Of a stretch of DNA of 64,000 bases, positions 29,308 to 39,218 are shown in pieces. Source of the stretch: an uncultured Lentisphaeria bacterium (lineage in GTDB: Bacteria > Verrucomicrobiota > Lentisphaeria > Victivallales > UBA1829); NCBI GenBank assembly GCA_949282305.1, contig CASDPB010000055.1:27324-91323 (forward strand). The letters run 5' to 3'. A model generated the notes under the pieces. That model made no database searches, was not told the DNA's origin, and saw only the letters and a list, made by a program, of their open reading frames with translations. Each line of letters opens with the position of its first letter. Position 1 is the stretch's first letter. A program made the position numbers and the translations under genes.

Positions 29308-30102
29308 TTATTTGAGAACAAGTTCTCCATAGTATTCGATCAGATGGTAGTTCCCCTGCGGAAGCTGTGGAATTGTGCTCAGCTGACAGCTTTTCTGCCC
29401 GAAGTTGTAGTTGTATCGTCCGAGAAGGATCGTCCATTTTCCGTTGTTGTCAAAGTCTACGCCGGTCAGATCCCTGAGCATTTTCAGGGGAATTGCAACT
29501 TCCACGGTCCAGCTTTTATCCTTGTCATTGTAGTTGTTGATTGTGCCCTGAACGACTGCCGCGGTCTGGAATGACGGGTCAAGCGTGCCCCAGTCGGCAC
29601 GGGCGTAACCGCGGGATTCAAAAAGGAACGTCGTCTTCCTGCCGTTCGGCGCGGCATAAAGCTCCCAGTATTTCGGTGATTTTTCGGATTTGATGAAGAT
29701 TTCAAAGAGGTCGCCCTGAAGATAGAGATGCTCCTGATCTTCCTTGCCGTATTGAACGACGTCGGAATCCTGCAGCACTGCGCCGATATACAGATAACTG
29801 CCGTCATAAACCAGCTTTGCCATGCCGGGCTCAAATGCGTCCGGGTTTTTCGCGACTTTCGGCATTACCACGCCGTAATCGCGCGCCGGAAGCTGAAATG
29901 CGTAAGCGGGAGTTTTCGCCCATGCCTCTTCATTCAGATTGCCGTCCAGCGTGATCTTGCCTGCGGCTTTCGACGCAGTGATCTTCTCACGCGGAGCATC
30001 GGCTCCGAAACGTTTTTCAAAATCGTCGTGCGCGCAGGAAGCGAGCAGAACGACCGCGAGTGCCGGAACGAGTCCGCGGAACAGCAGTGTAAATGCTTTC
30101 AT
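29308..30102 (-). CDS. CBM9-like (DOMON-type) carbohydrate-binding lipoprotein
   Basis: Lipobox signal MKAFTLLFRGLVPALAVVLLASC. ITLDGNLNEEAWAKTPAYAF and YLYIGAVLQD are typical of family 9 CBM-like proteins. The ATG is at 30102. Confidence 0.6.
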   Translation of the reverse strand: MKAFTLLFRGLVPALAVVLLASCAHDDFEKRFGADAPREKITASKAAGKITLDGNLNEEAWAKTPAYAFQLPARDYGVVMPKVAKNPDAFEPGMAKLVYDGSYLYIGAVLQDSDVVQYGKEDQEHLYLQGDLFEIFIKSEKSPKYWELYAAPNGRKTTFLFESRGYARADWGTLDPSFQTAAVVQGTINNYNDKDKSWTVEVAIPLKMLRDLTGVDFDNNGKWTILLGRYNYNFGQKSCQLSTIPQLPQGNYHLIEYYGELVLK

Positions 30103-30343
30103 GGATATGTCTCCCTTTTTGATGTGTGAAAAAACTAATATACACAGGGAAATGCTTTTGTCAAACCTTGGACGGTACTCGGATGGGGAAAAAGTCTCTT
30201 CCGGCACCGTCTGCCGGTTGTTCGGGAGGAACTGCATGTGCGGGAGACTTCCGCACGGCGAAATTCTTTCCCCGGCACCTTCGGGCTTTTCGTATGAAAT
30301 GTTACTATCGTACAAAAAAAACGGCAAAAAGATATTTTATCGT

Positions 30344-30372
30344 TTGACATTTCCGGAAAGTGCCTGTAATAA
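30344..30372 (+). promoter_or_regulatory. candidate promoter of the secretin/ABC operon
   Basis: TTGACA (30344-30349), a 17-nt spacer, then TAATAA (30367-30372), about 55 nt upstream of the secretin ATG. Confidence 0.35.
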
Positions 30373-30428
30373 TAAGGTTCATCGACAAAACAACAATACG
30401 CCTTTAAGATGGGAAAATAGGATTTAAG

Positions 30429-32066
30429 ATGTTCATGCTGTCTGCTAGAACTGCCGGACAATTTGCGGCTGTACTGTGTACATTTGCATTTGTTTCCGCC
30501 GGACAAGATAACAAAACACAGTCACAGCCGCCGCAGCCGGTGTCTCCTCCGGCTGAGGCTGTCGCCGCCGAAGCGCCCCCTGATTCCGCGGGCGGAAGCG
30601 ATTTGGAACAGGCGGCTTCCGGCTTTACCGGCTCGACCGGGAAACTGACCGTCATCAAGCGGCTGGAAGCCTTGTTCAAAGGTTCGGCAAAGCCGATTGT
30701 CCAGACAAAAACGTTTGAACCGGTGAAGCCTTATATCGCAATGCATGAGATCCCGGCGCGGGATGAGCTGACTCCCGCCCGCATGATTATCGTCTACCGT
30801 CTGCGTTTCGTCAACGCCAAGAAGGCACAGGACGCGATCGAAGGGATTGTGGGAGAGAGCGGGACGGTCGAAATCTCGGAGAATCAGAACACTGTAATCA
30901 TCAATACGGAAAAGGAGAAGGCCGATGCCATCCGGGGCGCCCTGCTTTCCCTGGATCAGCCGCAGCCGCAGATTCTGGTGGAGGCACAGATCATTGAAGT
31001 GCAGCTGGAGCAGGGGGAGGTGCGCGATGTGCAGGCGCAGTATTCGCAGAAGGACGGCAAGACCGGCACGATTGACACCTATGGCTTCAAGCTGGACAGT
31101 CCCGGGCAGAAGAACAACATCGACCAGAATTCAGGATTCAATTTTTTCCCGGTTTCCACATCGGATTCCGACGGCGGATTCAAGAAACTGCAGATTGCCT
31201 TGAATTGGCTGAGCACCAGTACGGACGCAAAGATCCTCGCCTCTCCGAACATCATTGCCGATCTCGGTTCCGAAGCGACCATGACGACCGGTGAAGAGAT
31301 TCCGTACGCCGAGGCGAATATGACGAATGTGGGCGTTGCGCAGAACATCAAGTTCAAGAAGACTGGCGTGAATCTGCGGATCAAGCCGGTTATCATTAAC
31401 AAGGATACGGTAAGGCTTGAGATCAAACCGGAAATCATTCTGGCGGTGCGCTACCAGACCTTTTCCCAGAAGGACAGCGAAGGAAACGTGACAAGCGAGA
31501 GCAGCATCCCCGTCGTTTCCGTCCGCAATATCGAAACGACCCTGACTGCCGCTGACGGCGAAATCATCATGCTCGGCGGACTGTATTCCAGCGAGGCCAC
31601 GGAGCGCCTGCGGAAAACCCCCTTCTTCAGTGATTTGCCTGTCGTCGGCGATCTCTTTACCGCGAAGGATGCAACCATCTATGACAAACAGCTTCTGTTT
31701 TTCATGAAGATTCATATTCTGCCTTCGCCTTATTCCGTGGTGCTTGATCCGGAAGCGAATGCCGCCATGATTCAGGATATCGGGCGCTCCGTGCGTGATT
31801 CCGGCACGCTGTTCCGGGAGAAGAGCAAGCCGGAAATCAAGGATCAGGAAACGCTTTTCAGGATTGACTCCCTCTGGAACCCGAAACCGGTGATCCTGAA
31901 AAAGGTCGGAAACGAGGCGGGAGAAGAGAAACGGGTTCCGCCGCGGCAGTTTCTGAATCCGAAGCCGGCCGCTCCCGGAAAGGATTCCGGCGCATCGAAG
32001 AAGCCTGCTCCGGAAAATGCTGTTTCAGACAGGAGTGCCGAAACAGAGAAAAACGGGCAGAAGTAA
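30429..32066 (+). CDS. short secretin (GspD/PilQ superfamily outer-membrane channel)
   Basis: Signal peptide, a Pro-rich linker and one secretin_N-like domain (IIVYRLRFVNAKKAQDAIEGIV...NTVIINTEKEKADAIRGALLSLD). The C-terminal secretin domain reads ILASPNIIADLGSEATMTTGEEIPY...VSVRNIETTLTAADGEIIMLGGLY...PFFSDLPVVGDLF. Confidence 0.85.
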   Translation: MFMLSARTAGQFAAVLCTFAFVSAGQDNKTQSQPPQPVSPPAEAVAAEAPPDSAGGSDLEQAASGFTGSTGKLTVIKRLEALFKGSAKPIVQTKTFEPVKPYIAMHEIPARDELTPARMIIVYRLRFVNAKKAQDAIEGIVGESGTVEISENQNTVIINTEKEKADAIRGALLSLDQPQPQILVEAQIIEVQLEQGEVRDVQAQYSQKDGKTGTIDTYGFKLDSPGQKNNIDQNSGFNFFPVSTSDSDGGFKKLQIALNWLSTSTDAKILASPNIIADLGSEATMTTGEEIPYAEANMTNVGVAQNIKFKKTGVNLRIKPVIINKDTVRLEIKPEIILAVRYQTFSQKDSEGNVTSESSIPVVSVRNIETTLTAADGEIIMLGGLYSSEATERLRKTPFFSDLPVVGDLFTAKDATIYDKQLLFFMKIHILPSPYSVVLDPEANAAMIQDIGRSVRDSGTLFREKSKPEIKDQETLFRIDSLWNPKPVILKKVGNEAGEEKRVPPRQFLNPKPAAPGKDSGASKKPAPENAVSDRSAETEKNGQK

Positions 32067-32069
32067 AAG

Positions 32070-33578
32070 ATGAATATCAGGAAACACTGGAAAAAGATTC
32101 TGTTGGCAGTTGCCGGAGTTCTTGTCGCGGCGGGAGCAGTGCTTTATTTTGCCGCTCCGGAGCTGTTCCGCGGCGGAAGGAGCGGGAAGAGCGAATCCAA
32201 GGCGCCTGACAGGATTTACCCGGTGAAACGGGGAGACATGGTGATCGGGATCATGCTCAAGGGCAGCGTGAATGCGAAAACCAAGCACAAACTCGCTTTG
32301 GAAGCTCCCTGGGGCACGAAACTGATCCGGGTCGTCGATGAAAACAAGCGCGTGAAAAAAGGGGACATCGTCGCCGAATTCGAGGCATCGGATCTGATCC
32401 TGAAAATTGACGACTATAGACTGACGATTGAACAGACGAAGAAAGACCTTGCGATTGCTCTGGAAGAACGAGCCGTGCTGATCAGCACCAACAAGGCGGA
32501 CATCCGTGCCGCGCGGGACAAGGTGACGGACTGCGAGGACGCTTACAGCAAGTATGTGCGCCTGGAGGGACCGCGCGACCGTGACAGCGCGGAACTGAAA
32601 GTTTCCGATGCGGAAACCGAACTTTCCGAGGCGGAAGACGCCGTGACAACGGCGAAGAGCGACTATGAATCGACTGTTTTTGCCGACGAAGCGGAGGAAA
32701 AGAAGGCGAAACAGGCGATTGTCGATGCCGAGAAGAAACGTGAAAGCGCCGAAACGAAACTGAATTCCGCCATGCTGGAACGGAAATTGTTCAAACGCTA
32801 TACCTATCCGAACAAACTTAAAACGCTGCGGAACAATCTGGCGCAGGCGAAACTGGATTACGAGAAAACAAAGGTCCGGACGCAGTCTCTGCTGACGCAG
32901 AAGAACAATCAGATTTACCGTTATGAAATCACGATCCGCAACAACGAGCGCCAGTTGAAACGCCACACCTCGTGGCTGCCGATGCTGACACTGATCGCGC
33001 CGGTCGATGGAATCGTGACTTATGGAGATCCGGACCGTCTGTGGGGCAATCCCGAAGTCAAAGTCGGCATGGACGGACGCAGGAAGCAGGTCATCATCAC
33101 GATTCCCGACATGAGCAAGATGATTGTCGATGTGAATCTGCCGGAGCAGTACCGCTCGAAAGTCATGGTCGGGGACCCCGTCATCATTACGCCGGAGTCG
33201 ATCCAGACCATCAAGATCAAGGGCAGAATCGCCTCCATTGCGTCGCTTCCGGTCAATATCATTCCGTGGGACAAGAGCACGCCGAAAATTTACCGGACGG
33301 TGGTGGATTTCTCCGACGACAACCCGAAGATTGTAAGCGGTATGAGTGTTCAGGTGGAAGTGGTGTCCAAGATACTGAAAGACGTGATTTCAATTCCGAT
33401 TGAGGCGGTATTTGAGGAAGGCGGGCAGCTTCTGGTTTACCGCAAGACGCTTTCGGGTCCGGAAAAGGTCAATGTCAGGATCGGGGCGACCAGCGACAGC
33501 GCCGTGGAAGTGACCGACGGGCTTGAGGAGGGCGATGAAGTCTACCTTTACCGTCCGTTCCAGGCGACAAAGAAGTGA
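32070..33578 (+). CDS. HlyD/MacA-type periplasmic adaptor (membrane fusion protein)
   Basis: N-terminal TM anchor, lipoyl-like halves (VKKGDIVAEFE ... LIAPVDGIVTY), a long coiled-coil hairpin and beta-barrel/MP domains. The start lies 3 nt after the secretin stop. Confidence 0.85.
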   Translation: MNIRKHWKKILLAVAGVLVAAGAVLYFAAPELFRGGRSGKSESKAPDRIYPVKRGDMVIGIMLKGSVNAKTKHKLALEAPWGTKLIRVVDENKRVKKGDIVAEFEASDLILKIDDYRLTIEQTKKDLAIALEERAVLISTNKADIRAARDKVTDCEDAYSKYVRLEGPRDRDSAELKVSDAETELSEAEDAVTTAKSDYESTVFADEAEEKKAKQAIVDAEKKRESAETKLNSAMLERKLFKRYTYPNKLKTLRNNLAQAKLDYEKTKVRTQSLLTQKNNQIYRYEITIRNNERQLKRHTSWLPMLTLIAPVDGIVTYGDPDRLWGNPEVKVGMDGRRKQVIITIPDMSKMIVDVNLPEQYRSKVMVGDPVIITPESIQTIKIKGRIASIASLPVNIIPWDKSTPKIYRTVVDFSDDNPKIVSGMSVQVEVVSKILKDVISIPIEAVFEEGGQLLVYRKTLSGPEKVNVRIGATSDSAVEVTDGLEEGDEVYLYRPFQATKK

Positions 33579-33602
33579 GTTCCGGCAAAAGGCGGTGCTG
33601 TT

Positions 33603-34337
33603 ATGGAACAGACGAAGGAAAAACGTATGGAGGCGCTTCATCTCGGCGATATCCGCAAGACCTATCATGCCGGTTCGTTCGATGTGCCGGTTCTCAAGGG
33701 CGTGAATTTCGACGTTATGCGCGGGGAATTCATCGGCATCATGGGTTCTTCCGGCTCGGGAAAATCCACGCTGCTGAACATTCTCGGCACGCTGGACAAA
33801 CCCACCTCCGGGGAATACCGGCTTGACGGAATCAATGTGGAAACCCTTTCCGACAGAGAACTTACGACGATCCGGAATATCAAGATCGGGTTTGTCTTCC
33901 AGGCATTCAACCTGTTTCCGCATCTGACCGTTCAGGAGAATATTGAAGTGCCGATGCTTTATGCCGGCGTGCCAAAGCATATCCGGCGCAGGATCGCCGC
34001 GGAAATGGCGGAAAAAGTCAAACTTGCGCACCGTCTGGATCACCGCCCCACCCAGCTTTCCGGCGGAGAGTGCCAGCGCGTTGCCGTTGCCCGCTCACTG
34101 GTGAACAATCCGACTTTCATTCTGGCGGATGAACCGACCGGAAATCTGGACGAGAAAACCGGGATTGAGATCATGAAGCTGTTCCATGAGCTTCATGCCG
34201 CGGGAACGACTCTGGTGATGGTGACGCACAATCCGCAGTATGAACCGGAATATGACCGGGTGATTTATCTCCGCAACGGGCGGAAATGGCGCGTGGTCGA
34301 TAATATCAACCACAAGACCGAGGAGTTTGAAACATGA
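33603..34337 (+). CDS. ABC transporter ATP-binding protein (MacB/LolD-type)
   Basis: Walker [10 protein letters not shown], signature LSGGECQR and Walker [12 protein letters not shown]. Confidence 0.9.
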   Translation: MEQTKEKRMEALHLGDIRKTYHAGSFDVPVLKGVNFDVMRGEFIGIMGSSGSGKSTLLNILGTLDKPTSGEYRLDGINVETLSDRELTTIRNIKIGFVFQAFNLFPHLTVQENIEVPMLYAGVPKHIRRRIAAEMAEKVKLAHRLDHRPTQLSGGECQRVAVARSLVNNPTFILADEPTGNLDEKTGIEIMKLFHELHAAGTTLVMVTHNPQYEPEYDRVIYLRNGRKWRVVDNINHKTEEFET

Positions 34338-35599
34338 AGCTCGGCGATCAGCTATGGCTTTCCTTTCACAACCTGATGCTTCATAAGATCCGGTCGGTGC
34401 TGACTTCTCTGGGCATTATTTTCGGTGTCGGCAGCGTGATTGCGATGCTTTCCATTTCCGAGGGAGCGAAACGGGAAGCGCTGGCGCAGATTGAATCCAT
34501 GGGGGTGGACAAGATCATTGTTTCGACAAGAAAGCCGCCGCCGACCGGCAAGGACGTGTCCGAGAATACGACGAACAGCAACCTGGAGACGTTCGGGCTG
34601 ACGCAGGCGGATCATGACCATATTCTGCACATGGACAATGTGAAGTCCATCGCCACGGCGCGGAACTCCCGGAAAAGCATCCTGCGGGGAACGACTCAGC
34701 TTGACCTGTCACTGTTCGGAGTGACGCTGGATTTTCTGGAGGAGAGCCGTTCCGTGATCACGCAGGGACGCTGGCTGTCGCCTCTGGACAAGGATCGCAA
34801 TGTCTGTGTGCTCGGAATTGATGCGAAGCGTGCGCTCTTTTCCCTTGCAGAGCGGGACATCATCGGGAAGGTGATCTCCATCGACGACGATGCGTTCCGG
34901 ATCGTCGGCGTGCTGGAAAACCAGAAGGGAACCACGATTGAAGGCGTCGGCAGTCCGAACAGCGCCATTTTCATCAGCAAGGAGGCTTCGGAGTCGATTT
35001 ACGGCAGAACTTCCGTGACACGGGTCAGCGGCAGGACTTCCATCGAGGTCGTTGATTATGACTGCTTCATTGTGAAGGTGCTGGATGTGAGTTATATTGA
35101 TTTCACGTCCAAGAGAATTGCCGCGTATCTTGCCAAGATGCACAATGATGTGAAGGACTGGGAAATGGTGGTGCCGCTGGATCTCCTGAAGCAGCGGGAG
35201 CAGACGCAGAACATCTTTACGGTCGTCATGAGTTCGATAGCGGGAATTTCCCTGCTGGTCGGCGGGATCGGCATTATGAACATCATGCTGGCGAACGTTT
35301 ACGAGCGGCGGAAAGAGATCGGCACACGGCGCGCTCTCGGTGCACAGAAGGGGGATATTATCCGCCAGTTCCTGTTTGAGACGATCTTCCTGACTTCGAT
35401 CGGCGGTTCGATCGGTGTCGGGCTGGGGTTGTGCATTGCGAAAATTGTGACGAAGTATGCGAACTGGCCCGTGGCGTTTTCGATCTGGTTCATCATTCTC
35501 GCCCTTGTGATTTCCGCCGTGATCGGGATCATTTTCGGCACGTATCCCGCCTGGAAAGCCGCACAGCAGAATCCCATCGACGTGCTCCGCGCGGAGTAG
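34334..35599 (+). CDS. ABC transporter permease, MacB/FtsX family
   Basis: ATGA overlap with the ATPase gene. One TM helix, a large periplasmic domain, then three TM helices. The C-terminal FtsX-like block reads GIGIMNIMLANVYERRKEIGTRRALGAQ...YPAWKAA. Confidence 0.9.
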   Translation: MKLGDQLWLSFHNLMLHKIRSVLTSLGIIFGVGSVIAMLSISEGAKREALAQIESMGVDKIIVSTRKPPPTGKDVSENTTNSNLETFGLTQADHDHILHMDNVKSIATARNSRKSILRGTTQLDLSLFGVTLDFLEESRSVITQGRWLSPLDKDRNVCVLGIDAKRALFSLAERDIIGKVISIDDDAFRIVGVLENQKGTTIEGVGSPNSAIFISKEASESIYGRTSVTRVSGRTSIEVVDYDCFIVKVLDVSYIDFTSKRIAAYLAKMHNDVKDWEMVVPLDLLKQREQTQNIFTVVMSSIAGISLLVGGIGIMNIMLANVYERRKEIGTRRALGAQKGDIIRQFLFETIFLTSIGGSIGVGLGLCIAKIVTKYANWPVAFSIWFIILALVISAVIGIIFGTYPAWKAAQQNPIDVLRAE

Positions 35600-35824
35600 A
35601 ACTGGAACGGCGTATCTGCACAGAGCGATCTCCTGCCTCATGGAAAGTCCATTCAAAAAAAGGCTGTCCGGCGGGGACGCAAAGAGAATCCCTCCATATT
35701 GACCTGCTCCGTCCCCGCGGAAAGAATCCGGCGGAGGAATGGCTGACGGGATGCCGTTGCCGGTTTGCCTTTTGAAAGACAAGAGTGTATATTATAAAGA
35801 TTTGTGAATAAAAGGAAAAAGATT

Positions 35825-38008
35825 ATGTCTGTACAATTTATTGAAAACAAAAATCTATTTATTTTATCCTGTGCAAAACTTTCCTATGCTTTTTACGTTG
35901 ACGCCAACAGGCGGCTGGTTCATCTGCATTTCGGGGGAAAGGTTTTCGGGGAGGAAGGACTGATCCAGCAGGAAATCCGCAAAAGCCATTCCTCCTTTTC
36001 GCCGTGGGCGGCGGGAGAAAAGCCGGAGGATTCCGTTGATGCCCTTCAGCTGGAGTTTTCCGGATTCAATACGGGGGATTTCCGTGTGAATTCGGCTGCG
36101 GTGCAAACCTGCAACGGTTCCCGGATTACGGACGCGCTCTATGTGTCGCACCGGATTTACAAGGGGAAGAAACGCCTTGCAGGGCTGCCTTCCGCTTTTG
36201 CCGGAGATCATGACAGCGTGGAGACGCTTGAGATTACGATGCGCGACACCGCATGCGAGCTTGAATTCATACTCTCTTACTCCGTATTTGAAGAGTGCAG
36301 CACGATTGTTCGTTCCGTAAAAGCCGTCAACGGAACTGCGTCTCCCCTTGTGCTGGAACGTCTGATGAGCGCACAGCTCGACTTGCCGCATACGGGTTTC
36401 GACTTTGTCCAGCTGAGCGGTTCGTGGACGCGCGAACGTCATCCGGAGCGGACTTCTCTGCGTTCTGGAATTCAGGCGATCCGCAGTGTCCGCGGTGCCT
36501 CCGGACACCAGAACAGCCCGGCGGTAGCCCTGATGGCGCATGATGCCACCGAATATTCCGGCGACGTCTACGGTGCGGTTCTGGCTTACAGCGGCAATTT
36601 CCTGATCGAGGTGGAGTGCGAACAGTATGGAACGGCACGGCTTTGCGCGGGGATCAATCCTGAGAATTTCTCATGGAGGCTCGCGCCGGGGGAATCGTTT
36701 GAAACGCCGGAAGTGTATCTGACTTATTCCGGGGAAGGGCTCGGCGGCATGTCCCGCAATCTGCATGATTTCATGCGCCGGCATCTGATCCGCGACGGCT
36801 GGGCATACAGGAAGCGTCCGCTTCTTGTGAACAGCTGGGAAGCTGCCTACTTTGATTTCGACTCCGCGAAGCTGCTCGGAATTGCCGAAAGCGCCGCCAG
36901 GCTCGGCATTGAGATGCTGGTTCTTGACGATGGCTGGTTCGGTGTCCGCAACGATGACACGACATCGCTTGGCGACTGGTTTGTAAATACGGAAAAGATC
37001 GGTGATCTCGGTGAGCTGGTGCGGAAAATCAATGCGCTCGGAATGAAGTTCGGGCTCTGGTTCGAGCCGGAGATGATTTCCGAGAAGAGCGAGCTGTACC
37101 GGAAGCATCCGGAGTGGGTTCTGCACGAACCGGGACGCAGACGTTCCATCGGGCGGGAGCAGATGCTGCTGGATATGTCGCGCCCCGAAGTGGTGCAGTA
37201 TCTTTTTGAAACGATTTCCAATATCCTGCATTCCGCGAACATCGAATATTTGAAATGGGATATGAACCGGAATCTGACCGAAGTCTATTCGGATGTGCTT
37301 CCCCCGGAGCGGCAGGGAGAGGTTTCGCACCGGTATATGCTTGGTGTCTACCGCCTGCATGAAATGCTCCTCAAGGAGTTCCCCGGACTCCTGATTGAAG
37401 GATGTTCCGGCGGCGGAGGGCGTTTCGACGCCGGAATGCTGGGGTATGTCCCGCAGATCTGGTGCAGTGACGATACGGATGCGATGGAACGTATTCTGAT
37501 TCAGCTCGGAACCTCTTATTTTTATCCCGTCAGCGCGATCGGCGCCCATGTTTCCGTCTGCCCGAACCATATTACCGGACGGATTACGCCGTTTGCCACA
37601 AGGGGAGATATTGCGCTTTCCGGCACTTTCGGTTATGAACTTGACCTGACGAAACTTTCCGAGGAGGAACAGGCGCTGGTAAGGAAGCAGGTCGCGGATT
37701 ATCATAAATACCATCATATTATTGCCGGAGGAGATCTTTACCGTCTGTCGGACTCTTTCAAGGTCAATGCTTTTGACGCATGGATGTATGTTTCCAGGGA
37801 TCGCAGGGAAGCTCTGATTACGGCTGTCTGCCGTTTCTGCCGGCCGAACGACGGTGTCCGCTTTGTGCGTCCCCGCGGGCTGGATCCGGAGATGATTTAT
37901 GAAGTGGACGGGATGCAGATTTCCGGTGCAACCCTGATGTCCGTCGGGATTCAGGTGAGACTGAATTCTGACGGCGCCAGCCGCATTTATTATCTGAAGG
38001 CTTTGTAA
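35825..38008 (+). CDS. alpha-galactosidase, GH36
   Basis: LVLDDGWFGVRNDDTTSLGDW, EYLKWDMNR, EGCSGGGGRFD and WCSDDTDA are canonical GH36 (AgaA/MelA-type) blocks. Confidence 0.85.
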   Translation: MSVQFIENKNLFILSCAKLSYAFYVDANRRLVHLHFGGKVFGEEGLIQQEIRKSHSSFSPWAAGEKPEDSVDALQLEFSGFNTGDFRVNSAAVQTCNGSRITDALYVSHRIYKGKKRLAGLPSAFAGDHDSVETLEITMRDTACELEFILSYSVFEECSTIVRSVKAVNGTASPLVLERLMSAQLDLPHTGFDFVQLSGSWTRERHPERTSLRSGIQAIRSVRGASGHQNSPAVALMAHDATEYSGDVYGAVLAYSGNFLIEVECEQYGTARLCAGINPENFSWRLAPGESFETPEVYLTYSGEGLGGMSRNLHDFMRRHLIRDGWAYRKRPLLVNSWEAAYFDFDSAKLLGIAESAARLGIEMLVLDDGWFGVRNDDTTSLGDWFVNTEKIGDLGELVRKINALGMKFGLWFEPEMISEKSELYRKHPEWVLHEPGRRRSIGREQMLLDMSRPEVVQYLFETISNILHSANIEYLKWDMNRNLTEVYSDVLPPERQGEVSHRYMLGVYRLHEMLLKEFPGLLIEGCSGGGGRFDAGMLGYVPQIWCSDDTDAMERILIQLGTSYFYPVSAIGAHVSVCPNHITGRITPFATRGDIALSGTFGYELDLTKLSEEEQALVRKQVADYHKYHHIIAGGDLYRLSDSFKVNAFDAWMYVSRDRREALITAVCRFCRPNDGVRFVRPRGLDPEMIYEVDGMQISGATLMSVGIQVRLNSDGASRIYYLKAL

Positions 38009-38018
38009 ACGGTTCCGG

Positions 38019-38043
38019 GTTTCCCGGAGATGTTCCGGGAAAC
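38019..38043 (+). terminator. hairpin after the GH36 gene (no U-tract)
   Basis: 10-bp stem gtttcccgga/tccgggaaac with a 5-nt loop, 11 nt after the stop codon. Confidence 0.3.
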
Positions 38044-38182
38044 TGCCGCTGGAGAGTCTTCATTTTTTTACGTGAAAATGTTTTTTATAAAAAACTTTTT
38101 CCACTCCTTGAAAAAAGATGGAACCGGGTATTATATTGGAATCAGTCCGTTTTTTACAAAAAAACAAAAGAAGGAGTGCCAC

Positions 38183-39007
38183 ATGAAAGAATTCAGCAAA
38201 TGCAAATGGTTTGCGGCGGCTTTGGCTGCAACAGCGGGGACGGGGCTGCTTTTCGGAGCGGAAGTCATTAGAATCGAAAAAGTGGCGGATCTTCCTGGCG
38301 CGAAGAAACTTGTGGAAAACGCCGCGGAGAAGTCCATTACTGCAAGCGGACGCTGGGCAAAAGCCACCAGCAAACCGTTCCCGGTTGACCCGGCAAAGAA
38401 ATACAAACTTTCCGGAAAGATCCGGGCTGTTCCCGGGACGGTTGGCGAAAACTTTTATTTCGGATTCATTCCGCTGGATGCGAAGGGCAGGCAGATTGCT
38501 TCCGAACAGGTCAATGTAAAGACCAAAGGCACGGATACCGAACTTGCGGCTCCGGTGAAAGCGGGTGATACGGTGGTGAAGGTGAAAGATGCTTCCAAAT
38601 GGGATGCCGCGTCCCCCTGGTTCGTAATTGCCTTCAATACGAAAGACGACTATTCCGATCTTCCGAACAGAGAGTTGGCGCAGATTGTGGAAAAGAAAAT
38701 TGAGAAGAAGGGGGACGTCTGGGAAGTTACCCTGAAGAAACCTGCGGCAAAGGATTATCCCGCGGGCACCAAGGTTCGTCAGCAACGTTACGGCGCAACC
38801 TATATGTATACTGCCGGCGCCGCGAAGAAAGCTCCCGCCGACTGGCAGGAGTTCTCCGGTGTGGTGCAGGGAATTGCGCCGATCGGAAATCCTGCCCGTC
38901 AATGGTGGAATGGTACAAAACAGGCACAGGTTCTGCTGATTATGAATTTCGAATCCAAAGACGGCAAGACCGAGTTCAAGGATATTGTTCTTGAGACAAT
39001 CGACTGA
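38183..39007 (+). CDS. hypothetical secreted protein (beta-rich, possibly CBM/jelly-roll-like)
   Basis: Signal peptide MKEFSKCKWFAAALAATAGTGLLFGA. AAGGAG RBS before the ATG at 38183, and its own terminator downstream. No family recognised. Confidence 0.6.
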   Translation: MKEFSKCKWFAAALAATAGTGLLFGAEVIRIEKVADLPGAKKLVENAAEKSITASGRWAKATSKPFPVDPAKKYKLSGKIRAVPGTVGENFYFGFIPLDAKGRQIASEQVNVKTKGTDTELAAPVKAGDTVVKVKDASKWDAASPWFVIAFNTKDDYSDLPNRELAQIVEKKIEKKGDVWEVTLKKPAAKDYPAGTKVRQQRYGATYMYTAGAAKKAPADWQEFSGVVQGIAPIGNPARQWWNGTKQAQVLLIMNFESKDGKTEFKDIVLETID

Positions 39008-39028
39008 TCCTGTTTCCGGTTTGAGAAA

Positions 39029-39065
39029 ACGGGCATTCCGCAAAACGGAATGCCCTGTTTTTTTG
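39029..39065 (+). terminator. intrinsic terminator
   Basis: Stem gggcattccg/cggaatgccc, loop caaaa, followed by a T8 run. Confidence 0.8.
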
Positions 39066-39218
39066 TACCGGATTGAGAAATCTTCTGATACTTTTCTGAA
39101 ACCGTTCTGACACCTTAAAGTGTCAGAAAATATTGCTGTTTTTCCATTATTTTCCGTTTTTCCTATTGCGTTCGATTTCCTTTTATTTATAATATATAAC
39201 AAAGGGAAAGTGGATTTT

